The notes: generated by a model not told the origin, from the sequence alone. A stretch of 64,000 bases of DNA from an uncultured Leptospirales bacterium (GCA_964491265.1 CAZBFP010000007.1:58177-122176); one strand, 5' to 3'; positions 19,138-29,401 are shown, counted from the stretch's first letter. Numbers and translations are program-made.

Positions 19138-20547
19138 GTGGAAGCAGTGGTAAAGGGTAAATCGGGTCAGAAAAAAACACCATTTGAAATATTAAATATC
19201 CGATTATATATTGCTTTCAGTCTTTTTTTTAATTCACGATTTTATTATCCTGTATTCACTGTCATGTATCTGGATTACGGGTTAACTATAGCCCAGTTTG
19301 CAATTCTGAATGCAGCCTGGGCTGCGACAATTGTGGCTGCAGAAGTTCCTTCAGGAGCGCTTGCTGATATTTTCGGCAGAAAGAAGCTGCTGGTCTTTGC
19401 AGGTCTTGTAATGATTCTGGAGCTCTCTTTAATCACTTTTGCGCCAAGAGGGAATCTGGATATTTTATTTATGCTGTTTCTTTTAAATCGTATTCTCAGC
19501 GGTTTTGCTGAAGCTGCTGCAAGCGGATCGGATGAAGCACTTGCCTACGATTCACTTAAGAAAGAAGGGCTTGAGCATGAATGGGGCCGGGTTCTTGATG
19601 TAAAGATACGTTTCCAGTCAATAGGATTTATATTAACTATGATAACCGGAGCAGCTATTTACGATCCGGTTCTTGTTCAGAATTTTATTAATTTATTCGG
19701 ATGCAATACTGTAATAACCCAGGATATGACTCTTCGTGTGCCCCTGTTTCTCACACTTTTCATGGGCGCTGCAGCATTATATTCCGCTTTAAAAATGACA
19801 GATCCGGAATTTGAGGAGATAAATAATACTCATGAGGAGCTGTCTGTTAAAAATGCCTTTGTTATAACATTTAATGCCGGGTTGTGGATTTTGAAATCCC
19901 CCTTTGCACTTGTAATTATTGCTACAGGTCTGGTTTTTGACGGAATAATAAGAATGGTCGTAACCCTTTCGAGTCAGTATTACAGGATGATTGATCTTCC
20001 TGAGGCATCTTACGGGATTATTGGTGCACTCATAGCTCTGATGGGTTTTGTTATACCGCGTCTTTCATTGAAAATGACAAAGAGCAGACCCCCGGTTTTT
20101 AATCTTACAGTTATGACTTTAATTACTATAACCGGTCTTGCAGGTATGTCATTTTTTGTACCCTATGCAGGTATTGTTTTTGCATTTATACTCTTCAGCG
20201 GAATGTATATGAATTCATTTTTTATAAGCCATTACCTTAACAGAATAACAGATTCCAGACAGCGTGCAACAGTGCTCAGCTTTAAAGGCCTGTTTTATAA
20301 TCTTTCATACGGGACATTAGGAATTGCCTATTCTCTTCTTCTATCTTTATCAAGGGGGAGTGTAGATGCTCTGCATCCAGGATCCAATCCGGACATGCTT
20401 GAAGATATGATTTTCGTAGATACATTCATCTGGTTTCCCGGTGTTTTTGCTGCAGCAATAATTGTTCTTTTTCTATTTTCATTTATTGTCCTGAAAAGAT
20501 CATCAAGTCTCCACATGGCTGTAAAAACTGCTCACCCTGATTCTTAG
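19138..20547 (+). CDS. MFS-family transporter
   Basis: 469 aa; GTG start per ORF track (start uncertain); MFS signature region GALADIFGRKKLLVFAGL; about 12 TM. Confidence 0.65.
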   Translation: MEAVVKGKSGQKKTPFEILNIRLYIAFSLFFNSRFYYPVFTVMYLDYGLTIAQFAILNAAWAATIVAAEVPSGALADIFGRKKLLVFAGLVMILELSLITFAPRGNLDILFMLFLLNRILSGFAEAAASGSDEALAYDSLKKEGLEHEWGRVLDVKIRFQSIGFILTMITGAAIYDPVLVQNFINLFGCNTVITQDMTLRVPLFLTLFMGAAALYSALKMTDPEFEEINNTHEELSVKNAFVITFNAGLWILKSPFALVIIATGLVFDGIIRMVVTLSSQYYRMIDLPEASYGIIGALIALMGFVIPRLSLKMTKSRPPVFNLTVMTLITITGLAGMSFFVPYAGIVFAFILFSGMYMNSFFISHYLNRITDSRQRATVLSFKGLFYNLSYGTLGIAYSLLLSLSRGSVDALHPGSNPDMLEDMIFVDTFIWFPGVFAAAIIVLFLFSFIVLKRSSSLHMAVKTAHPDS

Positions 20548-20767
20548 CAGGGATATTAAATGCGATAATTTTCAGTGTTAATTTCCTGGTTTTTTTCCGG
20601 GGATAATAGAGCATTTTCAAACAAAAATAAGTTCAGGAATAAATACTGATTTTTAATGATAAATAGCAGATAATTTTTTGATTCTGAATAATTGGGTTTG
20701 ACTTGTTGAATCTAAGTTTAACCGGCAGTATTTGCCCTTGTTTTAAAGAAGCAGGAGGGTAGTCTTC

Positions 20768-22015
20768 TTACCCGACCACCTTGAGCTGTTTGAAGTCACT
20801 TGTGTATGCAGGGCTCAGGTATTCACGGCGCATTTCCCAGCCATTATTAAACCCCCCTGTGCATACATTGATAGCGTTTCTGCCGTATCTGGTATTTATG
20901 CTGTCCATTACTCTTGAAATGTTTCCCTGCTTCTCTATGTTTTCATGACTGGAGAAGAGGTCATACTGCTTTGAGCTGTCCGGTATGATATCTGCAAGTA
21001 TAATCCCGGCTTTTTTATAATTATAGCCGGGCATGTAAATCCGGTTTAAAAGCGACCTGGCCGCATTTATAAAAGCGGGGCTGTAATTTTCTGCAGTATT
21101 AAACAGGGCAGTGGCGGCATTTGAATATTGCGGTCCATCCTTAAATGGATTGGTCGCGATAAAGAGAGTAAGTGCTGACGCGGAACATCTCTGCTCTCTA
21201 AGCTTCTGTGCTGCCCTGGATGTGTATTGTGAAATTGCCTGCATCAGTTCACCCTTTTCTGTAATCAGTTTTCCGAAAGAGCGGGAGGAGCAGATCGTCT
21301 TTTTCGGGGGGATATCTTTTTCCAGATTGAGGCACGCCTTCCCTCTCAGCTCATAAACCATTCTGAGCCCCACGATGGTGAGCTTCTTTTTTATCCAGGC
21401 ATCATCTTTTTCTGTCAGCTTCAGTGCTGTATTAATCCCATGTTTTCTTAACAAATCAGCGTATTGCCGGCCGATCCCCCATATGTGGGCCACATCAAAT
21501 TCTGCAAGAAACTGCGAGATCTCTTCACCGGTTCTGAGTATTGATACTCCGCTGTTTCTCTTGGCGTGATGGTTGGCCGCCTTTGCAAGGGTTTTTGTGG
21601 GGGCTATCCCCACGCTCACCGGTATCCCTGTATGCTGAACTATTATCTCTTTTATAGATCGGCCGTAATCGCTAAGCGGTTCTCTTATACCTTTCAGGTT
21701 AAGGAAAGCTTCGTCAATTGAGTATATTTCTATTTCAGGTGCAAAGGCGGAGAGTGTGTTCATTACCCTTGAGGAGAGGTCGCCATAGAGGGTGTAGTTT
21801 GATGAAAAAATAGATCCTCCTGCCGATTCAAGAAGCGGCAGGCATTTATAAATGGGGGTGCCCATTTTTATTCCAAGGTCTTTTGCTTCCTTTGACAGTG
21901 AAATTATACATCCGTCATTATTGCTTAAAACAACAACAGGGCGGTTTTTGAGTCCAGGCTCAAAGAGCCTTTCGCAGGAAACATAAAAACTGTTGCAGTC
22001 TACCAGGGCGTACAT
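20768..22015 (-). CDS. umuC: translesion DNA polymerase V catalytic subunit UmuC (Y-family polymerase)
   Basis: 415 aa; N-terminus MYALVDCNSFYVSCERLFEPGLKNRPVVVLSNNDGCII; 3 bp downstream of umuD. Confidence 0.9.
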   Translation of the reverse strand: MYALVDCNSFYVSCERLFEPGLKNRPVVVLSNNDGCIISLSKEAKDLGIKMGTPIYKCLPLLESAGGSIFSSNYTLYGDLSSRVMNTLSAFAPEIEIYSIDEAFLNLKGIREPLSDYGRSIKEIIVQHTGIPVSVGIAPTKTLAKAANHHAKRNSGVSILRTGEEISQFLAEFDVAHIWGIGRQYADLLRKHGINTALKLTEKDDAWIKKKLTIVGLRMVYELRGKACLNLEKDIPPKKTICSSRSFGKLITEKGELMQAISQYTSRAAQKLREQRCSASALTLFIATNPFKDGPQYSNAATALFNTAENYSPAFINAARSLLNRIYMPGYNYKKAGIILADIIPDSSKQYDLFSSHENIEKQGNISRVMDSINTRYGRNAINVCTGGFNNGWEMRREYLSPAYTSDFKQLKVVG

Positions 22016-22017
22016 AT

Positions 22018-22461
22018 TTAAACCTTATGTATAACATTAGTAACAACTCCCCAGACCTGAAAATCCATATCTTCAGTAACAGTAACCGGCTGAAAATCTG
22101 GATTTTCCGGGGCAAGGATTATTGTTTTTCTACGTTTAATCATTCTCTTTACGGTCAGTTCCCCGCAGATAGAGGCTATTATAATGCTGTTGTTTTCAGC
22201 TGTCAATGACCGGTCAACTACAAGAATGTCATTGTGATGAATACCGGCGCCGGTCATGGAATTTCCAGAAACACGCAGGCAGAATGTTGCCGAAGGGTGC
22301 TTTACAAGGAGTTCATTAAAGTCCAGCGCCCGTTCTATGTAATCATCAGCAGGTGAGGGGAACCCTGCTTTTATCGTATCGCAGAATAAAGGTATTCTGA
22401 AAGATTCACCTGTTTTAACAGGGATAATTGAATTTTTGTGTATGCTGCTGTAACTGTTCAT
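22018..22461 (-). CDS. umuD: UmuD, LexA-like S24 peptidase subunit of Pol V
   Basis: 147 aa; FPSPADDY, catalytic VSGNSM (Ser) and K in TVKRMIKR; aligns to UmuD cleavage/catalytic regions. Confidence 0.9.
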   Translation of the reverse strand: MNSYSSIHKNSIIPVKTGESFRIPLFCDTIKAGFPSPADDYIERALDFNELLVKHPSATFCLRVSGNSMTGAGIHHNDILVVDRSLTAENNSIIIASICGELTVKRMIKRRKTIILAPENPDFQPVTVTEDMDFQVWGVVTNVIHKV

Positions 22462-22884
22462 GAGAGCAATATAATTACCGCTCTGTTTTAAGTCAACAAA
22501 TGTTTAGTGTTTTGGCGTTATTCAGGAAGAATTAATTCAGGGGTGTTGTTTCGTGGGGAGTTTACCTCTCTGCTTACCCTGTAGAATTTTATTCCAGAAT
22601 CAGAAATGTGCTGAAGCAGCGGAGCTATATCCTTCAAATCTATGCCAGGGTCAAGCCACAGGTCAATATCCTCTTTTCTGATAATAAGAGGCATACGGTT
22701 ATGAATTTCCTCAAAGCGCGTAATCGCATTTAAAAATTATATTTAAACTAAAAAAGAGTTTTTTGCCGGAGTTATTGATTATATTAAAGTATAGGGCTGT
22801 TTTAAAAATTCCGGGTTTCAATCTGTCTGATGGTAAATCGGATGAGGCTGAAGGAAAACCGGTTTTTTCAATTTACGCTCATCA

Positions 22885-23061
22885 GTGGGTGTGGTGGAAC
22901 AGCTGCTTTCCGACAAATTTTTTGATGTCCGCATCGAAGCCCTCAATACTCTGGGAAAGCTTGGCGGGCCCCAGGCTATGAAAGTTATAGAGGCAGCTTT
23001 TTCAGACAGCAATAAAGATGTAAGAACAAGGGCGAAGCAAATCCTGAGCTCAATGCGATAA
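22885..23061 (+). pseudogene. possible remnant of a HEAT/PBS-lyase repeat protein (C-terminal fragment)
   Basis: Frame with no upstream ATG; translation ...VVEQLLSDKFFDVRIEALNTLGKLGGPQAMKVIEAAFSDSNKDVRTRAKQILSSMR* resembles tandem HEAT-like PBS repeats. Confidence 0.3.
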
Positions 23062-23094
23062 CTATATGGCATTAAGGCAAAAGAAGGACCTGAC

Positions 23095-24357
23095 ATGAAA
23101 TATTTCAGTTTTACTTTTCAATTAATGATCGTAATAGCATCGTTAATTTTATGTTATCAGTTTATTACGCATTCTGTTGCCAATCAGAATAATAAAACCG
23201 ACTATGCAGAGCTCAACCATGTGAAATACGGTTTATTCAACGTTGGAGAATGGAAAGAACAGATCAATGTAATCCTGATCAAGGAGATAAACAGGCTTTA
23301 CATATCTAAAACGGATGAGCTGGTAATAAAGAGTGAAATCGTAATATTATTAAATACGATGATTGATGAAGTCGATAAACAGATCAGGAAAGCGAATACC
23401 GGTACTGCCAAAGGCTGGATAAAGCAGTCTTTTATAAATACTTTTGTAGACATGAAAGATATAAAAAAAGGTATTCCTCAATATGCCGATGCCCTCATTC
23501 AGGAAATGACGACCTTAAGGACAAGGGATAAGGTCAAGGTAATGCTGAGCAAACAGCTAAAAAAATACATGGTAGAAACCTATGATATACGGGAGAGTCC
23601 CCGTTTGAAACGCATTCTGCTGAGAAATAATGCAGTAGATATTCAAGGCGCAAGGATAAATCTTTATGAAACTATTTCTATACTGCAAAAGCAGATATAT
23701 GTTGAGGCCGCGCTACTGGCTCTGCTATCGGTAATGCTTTTCGCCTGGGCCGGATTGACCAGAGCATCTTTGAGTCCTTCCAGGTATATTTTCCTGATAC
23801 TCTCTCTTATTATGCTGCTTGCGGCCGGCGTAACCACTCCAATGATTGATATGGATGCAAAAATCTCAAAGCTCAGTTTCATGTTGATAGGGCACCCCAT
23901 TCAGTTCAATGAGCAGATATTGTATTTCCAGAGTAAAAGCATTCTTGATGTATTCTGGATAATGATTACTCACGCGGATTTTAAGATGATATCTGTTGGA
24001 TTTTTGATGGTTATCTTCAGTATTGTTTTTCCGTTATTGAAAATTATATCTACAATGTGGTACTATTATAATTTTAACAACGCCCGTGATAACCTGGTAA
24101 TCAGGTTTTTTGTCCTGAAATCGGGAAAATGGTCCATGGCTGATGTGATGGTGATTGCAATATTTATGGCATATATCGGTTTTAATGGAATTGTAACCAG
24201 TCAGTTAGGGGAGCTGAGCTCCATAAGCCAGGAAGTGGTAATTTTTACTACAAACGGTACATCTCTTCAGCCGGGGTATTACATTTTCTTTCTATACACA
24301 CTGCTGGCGCTATTTTTGTCGGGGTTCCTGACCAGAAAACCGTATACGGCAAAGTGA
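23095..24357 (+). CDS. hypothetical polytopic membrane protein
   Basis: 420 aa; N-terminal TM, soluble ~170-aa segment, then 6+ TM helices; no confident family assignment. Confidence 0.45.
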   Translation: MKYFSFTFQLMIVIASLILCYQFITHSVANQNNKTDYAELNHVKYGLFNVGEWKEQINVILIKEINRLYISKTDELVIKSEIVILLNTMIDEVDKQIRKANTGTAKGWIKQSFINTFVDMKDIKKGIPQYADALIQEMTTLRTRDKVKVMLSKQLKKYMVETYDIRESPRLKRILLRNNAVDIQGARINLYETISILQKQIYVEAALLALLSVMLFAWAGLTRASLSPSRYIFLILSLIMLLAAGVTTPMIDMDAKISKLSFMLIGHPIQFNEQILYFQSKSILDVFWIMITHADFKMISVGFLMVIFSIVFPLLKIISTMWYYYNFNNARDNLVIRFFVLKSGKWSMADVMVIAIFMAYIGFNGIVTSQLGELSSISQEVVIFTTNGTSLQPGYYIFFLYTLLALFLSGFLTRKPYTAK

Positions 24358-24428
24358 ATACCGGCAAAGGGCTGCTGGCGTTTATTGCAGTATCGGTTTA
24401 TCAACTAACAAAAATTGAGAGGAACGTC

Positions 24429-24941
24429 ATGGGCAGACTGCTGGTATTGTTGATTTTAATTCTACTGGCACTTGTGTCAGCTGCAGGATATATTTTTGTC
24501 GATCAGAGTATTATTGCCGGAAAGATAAAGATCGCAGAAGGAATTCAAGAGCTCAAAATAGGGTATCCCGAACTTGAGGAGGGGAGGTTGAGAATGGAGG
24601 CGGGTAAAAAGGAGCTGATAGAAGGGCAGGACGAGTATGATCAGGCCAGAAAAAATTTGTTTCTTGTGCTGGCTGACAGGCTGCTTAAAGGCGGGAAAGG
24701 TTTCAGGGATGCGAGAAAGCGGTTACAGGATGGATCAGATCGGATTAAGGAGGGAAAGGAAGAGTACCGGGATGGAAAGAAAAGAATCAATGAAGGAGAG
24801 ATTGAGCTTCTTCGAGGGCGGGAGCTGCTGAAGCAGGCAGAGAACATGAGAGGCGCATTTGCATTTGCTGCGGCTTTCTTCTTCATTCTGACGGTCCTGT
24901 TGGGATTCCGCTGGAGACGATCCCTTTCGCGTCTTGTTTAA
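24429..24941 (+). CDS. hypothetical coiled-coil protein with N-terminal TM and C-terminal TM
   Basis: ORF track 24354..24941; start ATG 24429 with GAGAGGAA RBS; repeated K/E/R-rich heptads (EGRLRMEAGKKELIEGQDEY...). Confidence 0.45.
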   Translation: MGRLLVLLILILLALVSAAGYIFVDQSIIAGKIKIAEGIQELKIGYPELEEGRLRMEAGKKELIEGQDEYDQARKNLFLVLADRLLKGGKGFRDARKRLQDGSDRIKEGKEEYRDGKKRINEGEIELLRGRELLKQAENMRGAFAFAAAFFFILTVLLGFRWRRSLSRLV

Positions 24942-24994
24942 ACATTCATAAAATAATCATTAAAACAAATCAGAAGTCCGGCATAATATCAAAT

Positions 24995-25116
24995 CAGTAA
25001 TTATTCCTGAAGATATCTTTTGGTGTAACTATGCTGTTTTCTATATCCCTGCCGCCTTCGGCGACGGGGTTATTTGAGCATTTTGTTCCAAATAAAAGTT
25101 AAGGAATTAACATTGA
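24995..25116. repeat. dispersed repeat copy: L-module + GC hairpin (CCCTGCCGCCTTCGGCGACGGGG) + R-module
   Basis: Shares L (CAGTAATTATTCCTGAAGATATCTTT) and R (GAGCATTTTGTTCCAAATAAAAGTTAAGGAATTAACATTGA) with copies at 10230, 29166, 62927. Confidence 0.65.
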
Positions 25117-25297
25117 TATCAAATAGAGAGTTTTAATTGTTGAAATTGAATTAAACATGAATTAAAGTGTTTTAAAGCCTATCTGATATGTTGTGCTTTA
25201 CTGAAATTAAATTAAATAAAATAAAATACCGGATGCAATTATACTGTTCACCAGTGTAATTTTATATAAAGAAAGAATCTGAGAAGGTGATAAGATA

Positions 25298-28200
25298 ATG
25301 GACGCAACAGAGGGTAAAATGAACTGGACCGGGAAAATCGCCTCAATTTTTGTGAGAAACGGCAATCTTTCACTTATACTGGTTATAGCATTTTTTATAT
25401 GGGGAATTATTTCATTTTTGGCTACACCGAAGCAGTATAATCCTAAAATTACTGCACCATCCTTTGAAATTATAATAGATTATCCCGGAGCAGACAGGAG
25501 TGAGGTTGTGGAGGTGGTTACAAAGCCTCTGGAAAATATAATCACTGATATTGCCGGAGTAGAGGATGTCTACTCTTATTCAGTTAAAGGGGGAAGGGCT
25601 GTCTTTACAGTTAATTTCTACGTGGGGGAGGACCCGGATTCCGCAAAGATAATGCTTGACGACAGGATAAGAAGCCAAATGTACCGGATACCTTTTGGAG
25701 TCAATGATCCCTTAATCAGATCAATAGATCCTGATGATGTACCTGTGATGACAATTGCTGTAACATCAAAAGATACTGATCCTGTAGCCCTTCGTAAATT
25801 CGGTTTTAAACTCAGGGACAGACTCAGTACGGTAGAGGGTGCATCTAATATAGGAGTAATCGGAGGAAGAAGAAAGGAACTGGCCATTATGGTGGACCCC
25901 TTTAAACTTGAAAGAATCGGTATAGGGCTCATGGATATTCAGAATGCTCTTGCCAGGGACAATATCTACCTCCCCTCCGGCTACATAAAGAGTAAATCCG
26001 AATACATCCCACTTGAAGCGTCGAGTCTGATTCAGAAGCCGTCAGATCTGGAAGGGAGTATTGTTGTCACCGGCGACTACGGGCAGATCCTCCTTAAGGA
26101 GGTCGCCGATATAATAGAACGTATCGAGGAAGTGGAAGAATATGTTCGTCATGCAGTGAAAAAAGAGGGAGAGATTGAGGTAGCTGAGTCAGTAATTTTA
26201 CTCAGTATTGCCAAGATGAAAGGGCAGAATATTACAGACGTTACAGATCGGATAAGGAATGAACTGGAGCATCTGGAGTCGGGATTTATTCCTGAAGGTA
26301 TAAACACTGATATAATCGTAAATGAAGGGAGGGTAGCTGCTGAGGAGATCGGAGGCCTTGTTATTAATCTTTTCACAGCCATACTGATAGTTGTGATAAT
26401 CCTTTTTCTCTTTCTTAGCAGGAGAGCCGCCTTTCTCGTGGCTGTGTCTATCCCCCTGACCCTGGCGTGTGTTTTTATTATCGGGCTCTTCGCAGGGCAG
26501 AATATAAACAGGATTACCCTCTTTGCCCTGATACTGTCACTGGGCCTTCTCGTTGACAGTGCCACTGTTGTAATAGAGAATATCGTAAGAAACCTTAAAG
26601 ATCTGGATGATGAGGAAAGTCGGGTCGATTCTATAATCTCATCTGTAAATGAGGTAGGGCCGGGGCTCTTTATGTCAACTGTTACAACGGTTCTTGCCTT
26701 TTTCCCCATGGCATTTGTTACAGGAATGATGGGGCCATATATGGGGCCCATACCTTTTTTTGTACCTGCAGCTATAATTGTTTCACTGCTTCTGTCTCTG
26801 TCAATTAATCCCTGGATGGCTTCTGTTATTCTTAAGTCAGAAAGCAGTGACGGGAAAAATGGAAAGATGAGAAAAAACAGGTACACTAAAGCTTTGAGTG
26901 ATGCAGGCGTGGTTATATTTGATTTTTACAGAAATTTTCTGCATTCACTATTGACGCAGCGGAAAAAAAGAAAGAGAACCCTTCTTGTGATTCTTGCACT
27001 GGTTATCATTTCTCTCCTTCTCCCTGCTGTAAAGCTTGTAAAGTTCAGGATGCTCCCCAAGGCAGACAGGGAACAGTTTTTTCTCTATATAGACATGCCT
27101 GCCGGCACTCCCCTGGAGGAGACTCTGGATGTTGCATCAAAGTGTGAGGAATATCTATTTGAGAATGAAAATATTAAAATGATTCAGAGCTACGTGGGCA
27201 CCCCTCCTGTGCTTGACTTTAACGGACTTTTCAGGAATGTTTCTGCAAGAACTGAAAGTCATCAGGCCACTCTGCGTGTGGGTCTCACTGAACCGCGTGA
27301 CAGAGCACTTAAGTCAGAGGAGATTGTGGAAAAGCTCCGTCCCGGATTAATCAAAGCGTCTGAGATGATGTCCCGGAGAAAAATAAAATTGAAACTTGTT
27401 GAGGACCCCCCGGGTCCTCCTGTGCAGTCAACCTTTCTGGTGCGTGTCAGGGGGTATGATGAAAAATGCTGCATGAATATAGCAGAAGATCTCTACGGCC
27501 ACGTCAAAAAAATTGAAGGCGTGGTTGATACAGATACATCTATAGAGGATGATACTGATACTATTCATCTTAAGGTGGATCATAAGAGAGCTTTTGTAAG
27601 CCGGATAAGCGCAAAACGTATTGTGAGAAGTTTGAATACGGCATTTTCAGGAGACATTGTAGGGATATACCATAATACAGGTAATATTGAGCAGGAGTAT
27701 ATTACTTTGCGGTTTGACAGGAAGTTCCGTATGGATCCGGCAATTCTTGAAAATATTTATCTTTTCAATGATCTGAGGATTAAGCTGCGTCTCAGTGATC
27801 TCGTGACAATAGAGAAGATTCCCACGGAGAAAGCCTTGAGGCGTGAAAACAGTGTAAACACTATTTATCTTTACGGTGATATGGAAAACCGCTCAGTCAC
27901 CTATGCAGCAATCGATTTCCTCAAGTTTCTTTATAGCTACAGGCTTCCCGACGGGGAGGGGGAACTCACGAAATTTTCTCTATCCGGCGCTGATTACAAT
28001 ACCTCAGAGGGCAGGAGTGTAAGTATAAGCATCGGCGGAGAATGGGAGCTGACTCTGGAGGTGTTCCGGGACCTGGGTATTGCAATGGCTTTTGCTCTAT
28101 TTCTTATCTACATGGTTCTTGTTGCACAGTTCAGGTCCTATACAGATCCCCTGATCATTATGTCCACCATCCCGCTGAGCCTGATTGGAGTTATGCCGGG

Positions 28201-28597
28201 ATTTATGATCCTGGGATATACAAGCGGAATTTACTTTAATGCTACATCAATGATCGGTGTTATAGCCCTTGCCGGTATTGCGGTTAATAACTCAATAATA
28301 CTTCTTGAATATCTCAATTCATTTAAAAACAGCTGTATAAGTATTGAGGATGCCCTTCTCCGCGCAGGCCTTACCAGATTCAGGCCTATTGTGCTCACTA
28401 CTGTGACAACCATGCTGGGGTCACTTACTATAGCAGGTGACCCGGTGTGGGCCGGACTTGCCTATGCTCTGATTCTGGGGCTTGCTGTCTCATCATCACT
28501 GACACTGATTGTATTCCCGGCACTTTACTATGTAATTAATGGGGAAAAATGGGATATGCAGATGCAGTCCGCAGAGGGGGTAAAAGTGGATTGCTAG
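25298..28597 (+). CDS. RND-family efflux permease (AcrB/HAE-like)
   Basis: 1099 aa; 12-TM RND topology with two large periplasmic loops; N-terminal AcrB-like region; RBS GAAGGTGA. Confidence 0.85.
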   Translation: MDATEGKMNWTGKIASIFVRNGNLSLILVIAFFIWGIISFLATPKQYNPKITAPSFEIIIDYPGADRSEVVEVVTKPLENIITDIAGVEDVYSYSVKGGRAVFTVNFYVGEDPDSAKIMLDDRIRSQMYRIPFGVNDPLIRSIDPDDVPVMTIAVTSKDTDPVALRKFGFKLRDRLSTVEGASNIGVIGGRRKELAIMVDPFKLERIGIGLMDIQNALARDNIYLPSGYIKSKSEYIPLEASSLIQKPSDLEGSIVVTGDYGQILLKEVADIIERIEEVEEYVRHAVKKEGEIEVAESVILLSIAKMKGQNITDVTDRIRNELEHLESGFIPEGINTDIIVNEGRVAAEEIGGLVINLFTAILIVVIILFLFLSRRAAFLVAVSIPLTLACVFIIGLFAGQNINRITLFALILSLGLLVDSATVVIENIVRNLKDLDDEESRVDSIISSVNEVGPGLFMSTVTTVLAFFPMAFVTGMMGPYMGPIPFFVPAAIIVSLLLSLSINPWMASVILKSESSDGKNGKMRKNRYTKALSDAGVVIFDFYRNFLHSLLTQRKKRKRTLLVILALVIISLLLPAVKLVKFRMLPKADREQFFLYIDMPAGTPLEETLDVASKCEEYLFENENIKMIQSYVGTPPVLDFNGLFRNVSARTESHQATLRVGLTEPRDRALKSEEIVEKLRPGLIKASEMMSRRKIKLKLVEDPPGPPVQSTFLVRVRGYDEKCCMNIAEDLYGHVKKIEGVVDTDTSIEDDTDTIHLKVDHKRAFVSRISAKRIVRSLNTAFSGDIVGIYHNTGNIEQEYITLRFDRKFRMDPAILENIYLFNDLRIKLRLSDLVTIEKIPTEKALRRENSVNTIYLYGDMENRSVTYAAIDFLKFLYSYRLPDGEGELTKFSLSGADYNTSEGRSVSISIGGEWELTLEVFRDLGIAMAFALFLIYMVLVAQFRSYTDPLIIMSTIPLSLIGVMPGFMILGYTSGIYFNATSMIGVIALAGIAVNNSIILLEYLNSFKNSCISIEDALLRAGLTRFRPIVLTTVTTMLGSLTIAGDPVWAGLAYALILGLAVSSSLTLIVFPALYYVINGEKWDMQMQSAEGVKVDC

Positions 28598-28721
28598 CCC
28601 GCAGGTAATATTGCAGTTTCCTGTATAGATAAAAAAATTGTAATAGTAACCGGTATTCTAATTGCAGTCACATTCCGGCTGTAACGGCTATAAGAAAAAA
28701 TTTAACAAAGGAGCGGATAAA

Positions 28722-28889
28722 ATGGAACTGGCAAAAACTCAGGATAATACTTTTGATCTTAAAGCACTCACATTCACACAGTTAAAAACCATAAAAGATG
28801 CCTGCAAGGCATACGCGAAACAGGGATCAAAATCCTCAGGTGATCTTGCCTCTGAAATTGAGGAGATGATGGATAAGATGACACTGTAG
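28722..28889 (+). CDS. small hypothetical protein (55 aa)
   Basis: ATG 28722 preceded by AAGGAG; ORF track 28662..28889. Confidence 0.3.
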   Translation: MELAKTQDNTFDLKALTFTQLKTIKDACKAYAKQGSKSSGDLASEIEEMMDKMTL

Positions 28890-29165
28890 GTTTACATGAT
28901 GTTTTTTGATGCATCATGATTACTAAAGGGAATAAAGGCAGAGCAATAGCAATCAGTCATGCCTTAAAAGAAATTCTCGTAAGTCTTGGAACATTAAGGC
29001 TGAGAACATGATTTATATATAAAGCATATCCCCGGCCTATTTTAAAGGCCTGGGGGAGGGTGTAGATTCTGGTTTAATTATCTGCTTGACTATACAAATA
29101 AAATATATACTCTAAGATAGAATATGCTGGTTCTATCAATCATAATGGCAATTACACAACTAAAC

Positions 29166-29286
29166 CAGTAATTATTCCTAAAGATATTTTTTAGTGCAAT
29201 AATGATGTTTTCCATATCCCCGCCGCCTACGGCGGCGGGGATATTAGAGCATTTTATTTTAAAAAAAGTTAAGGAATTATCACTGC
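29166..29286. repeat. dispersed repeat copy: L-module + hairpin CCCCGCCGCCTACGGCGGCGGGG + R-module, upstream of hsdM
   Basis: Direct sequence similarity to copies at 24995 and 62927. Confidence 0.65.
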
Positions 29287-29401
29287 AACTTAACAAAAGT
29301 TTCTTTCCGGATAATTTCTGAGTCTGATAGATATTGCTTTAGCAACAGTAAAAATAGATGAATCGCATTTAATATAGTAATAATTATACAAAGGAACATT
29401 A

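Noticed and set aside
26149-26886. 245-aa antisense ORF inside the RND permease gene
   Set aside because: It is opposite a strongly supported 1099-aa RND gene. The Ser/Arg-rich translation has no motifs.
29217-29260. GC hairpins of the modular repeat as intrinsic terminators
   Set aside because: The U-tract (…GAGCATTTT) is separated from the stem by about 10 nt, and the hairpins occur upstream of genes in the same orientation. This is inconsistent with simple terminators.
28598-29400. Left att direct repeat of the tRNA-Pro 3' end, which would delimit the island
   Set aside because: No convincing match (>12 nt) to GGGGTGACAGGATTTGAACC was found by eye in the candidate left-boundary region. 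The island's left end therefore remains undefined.
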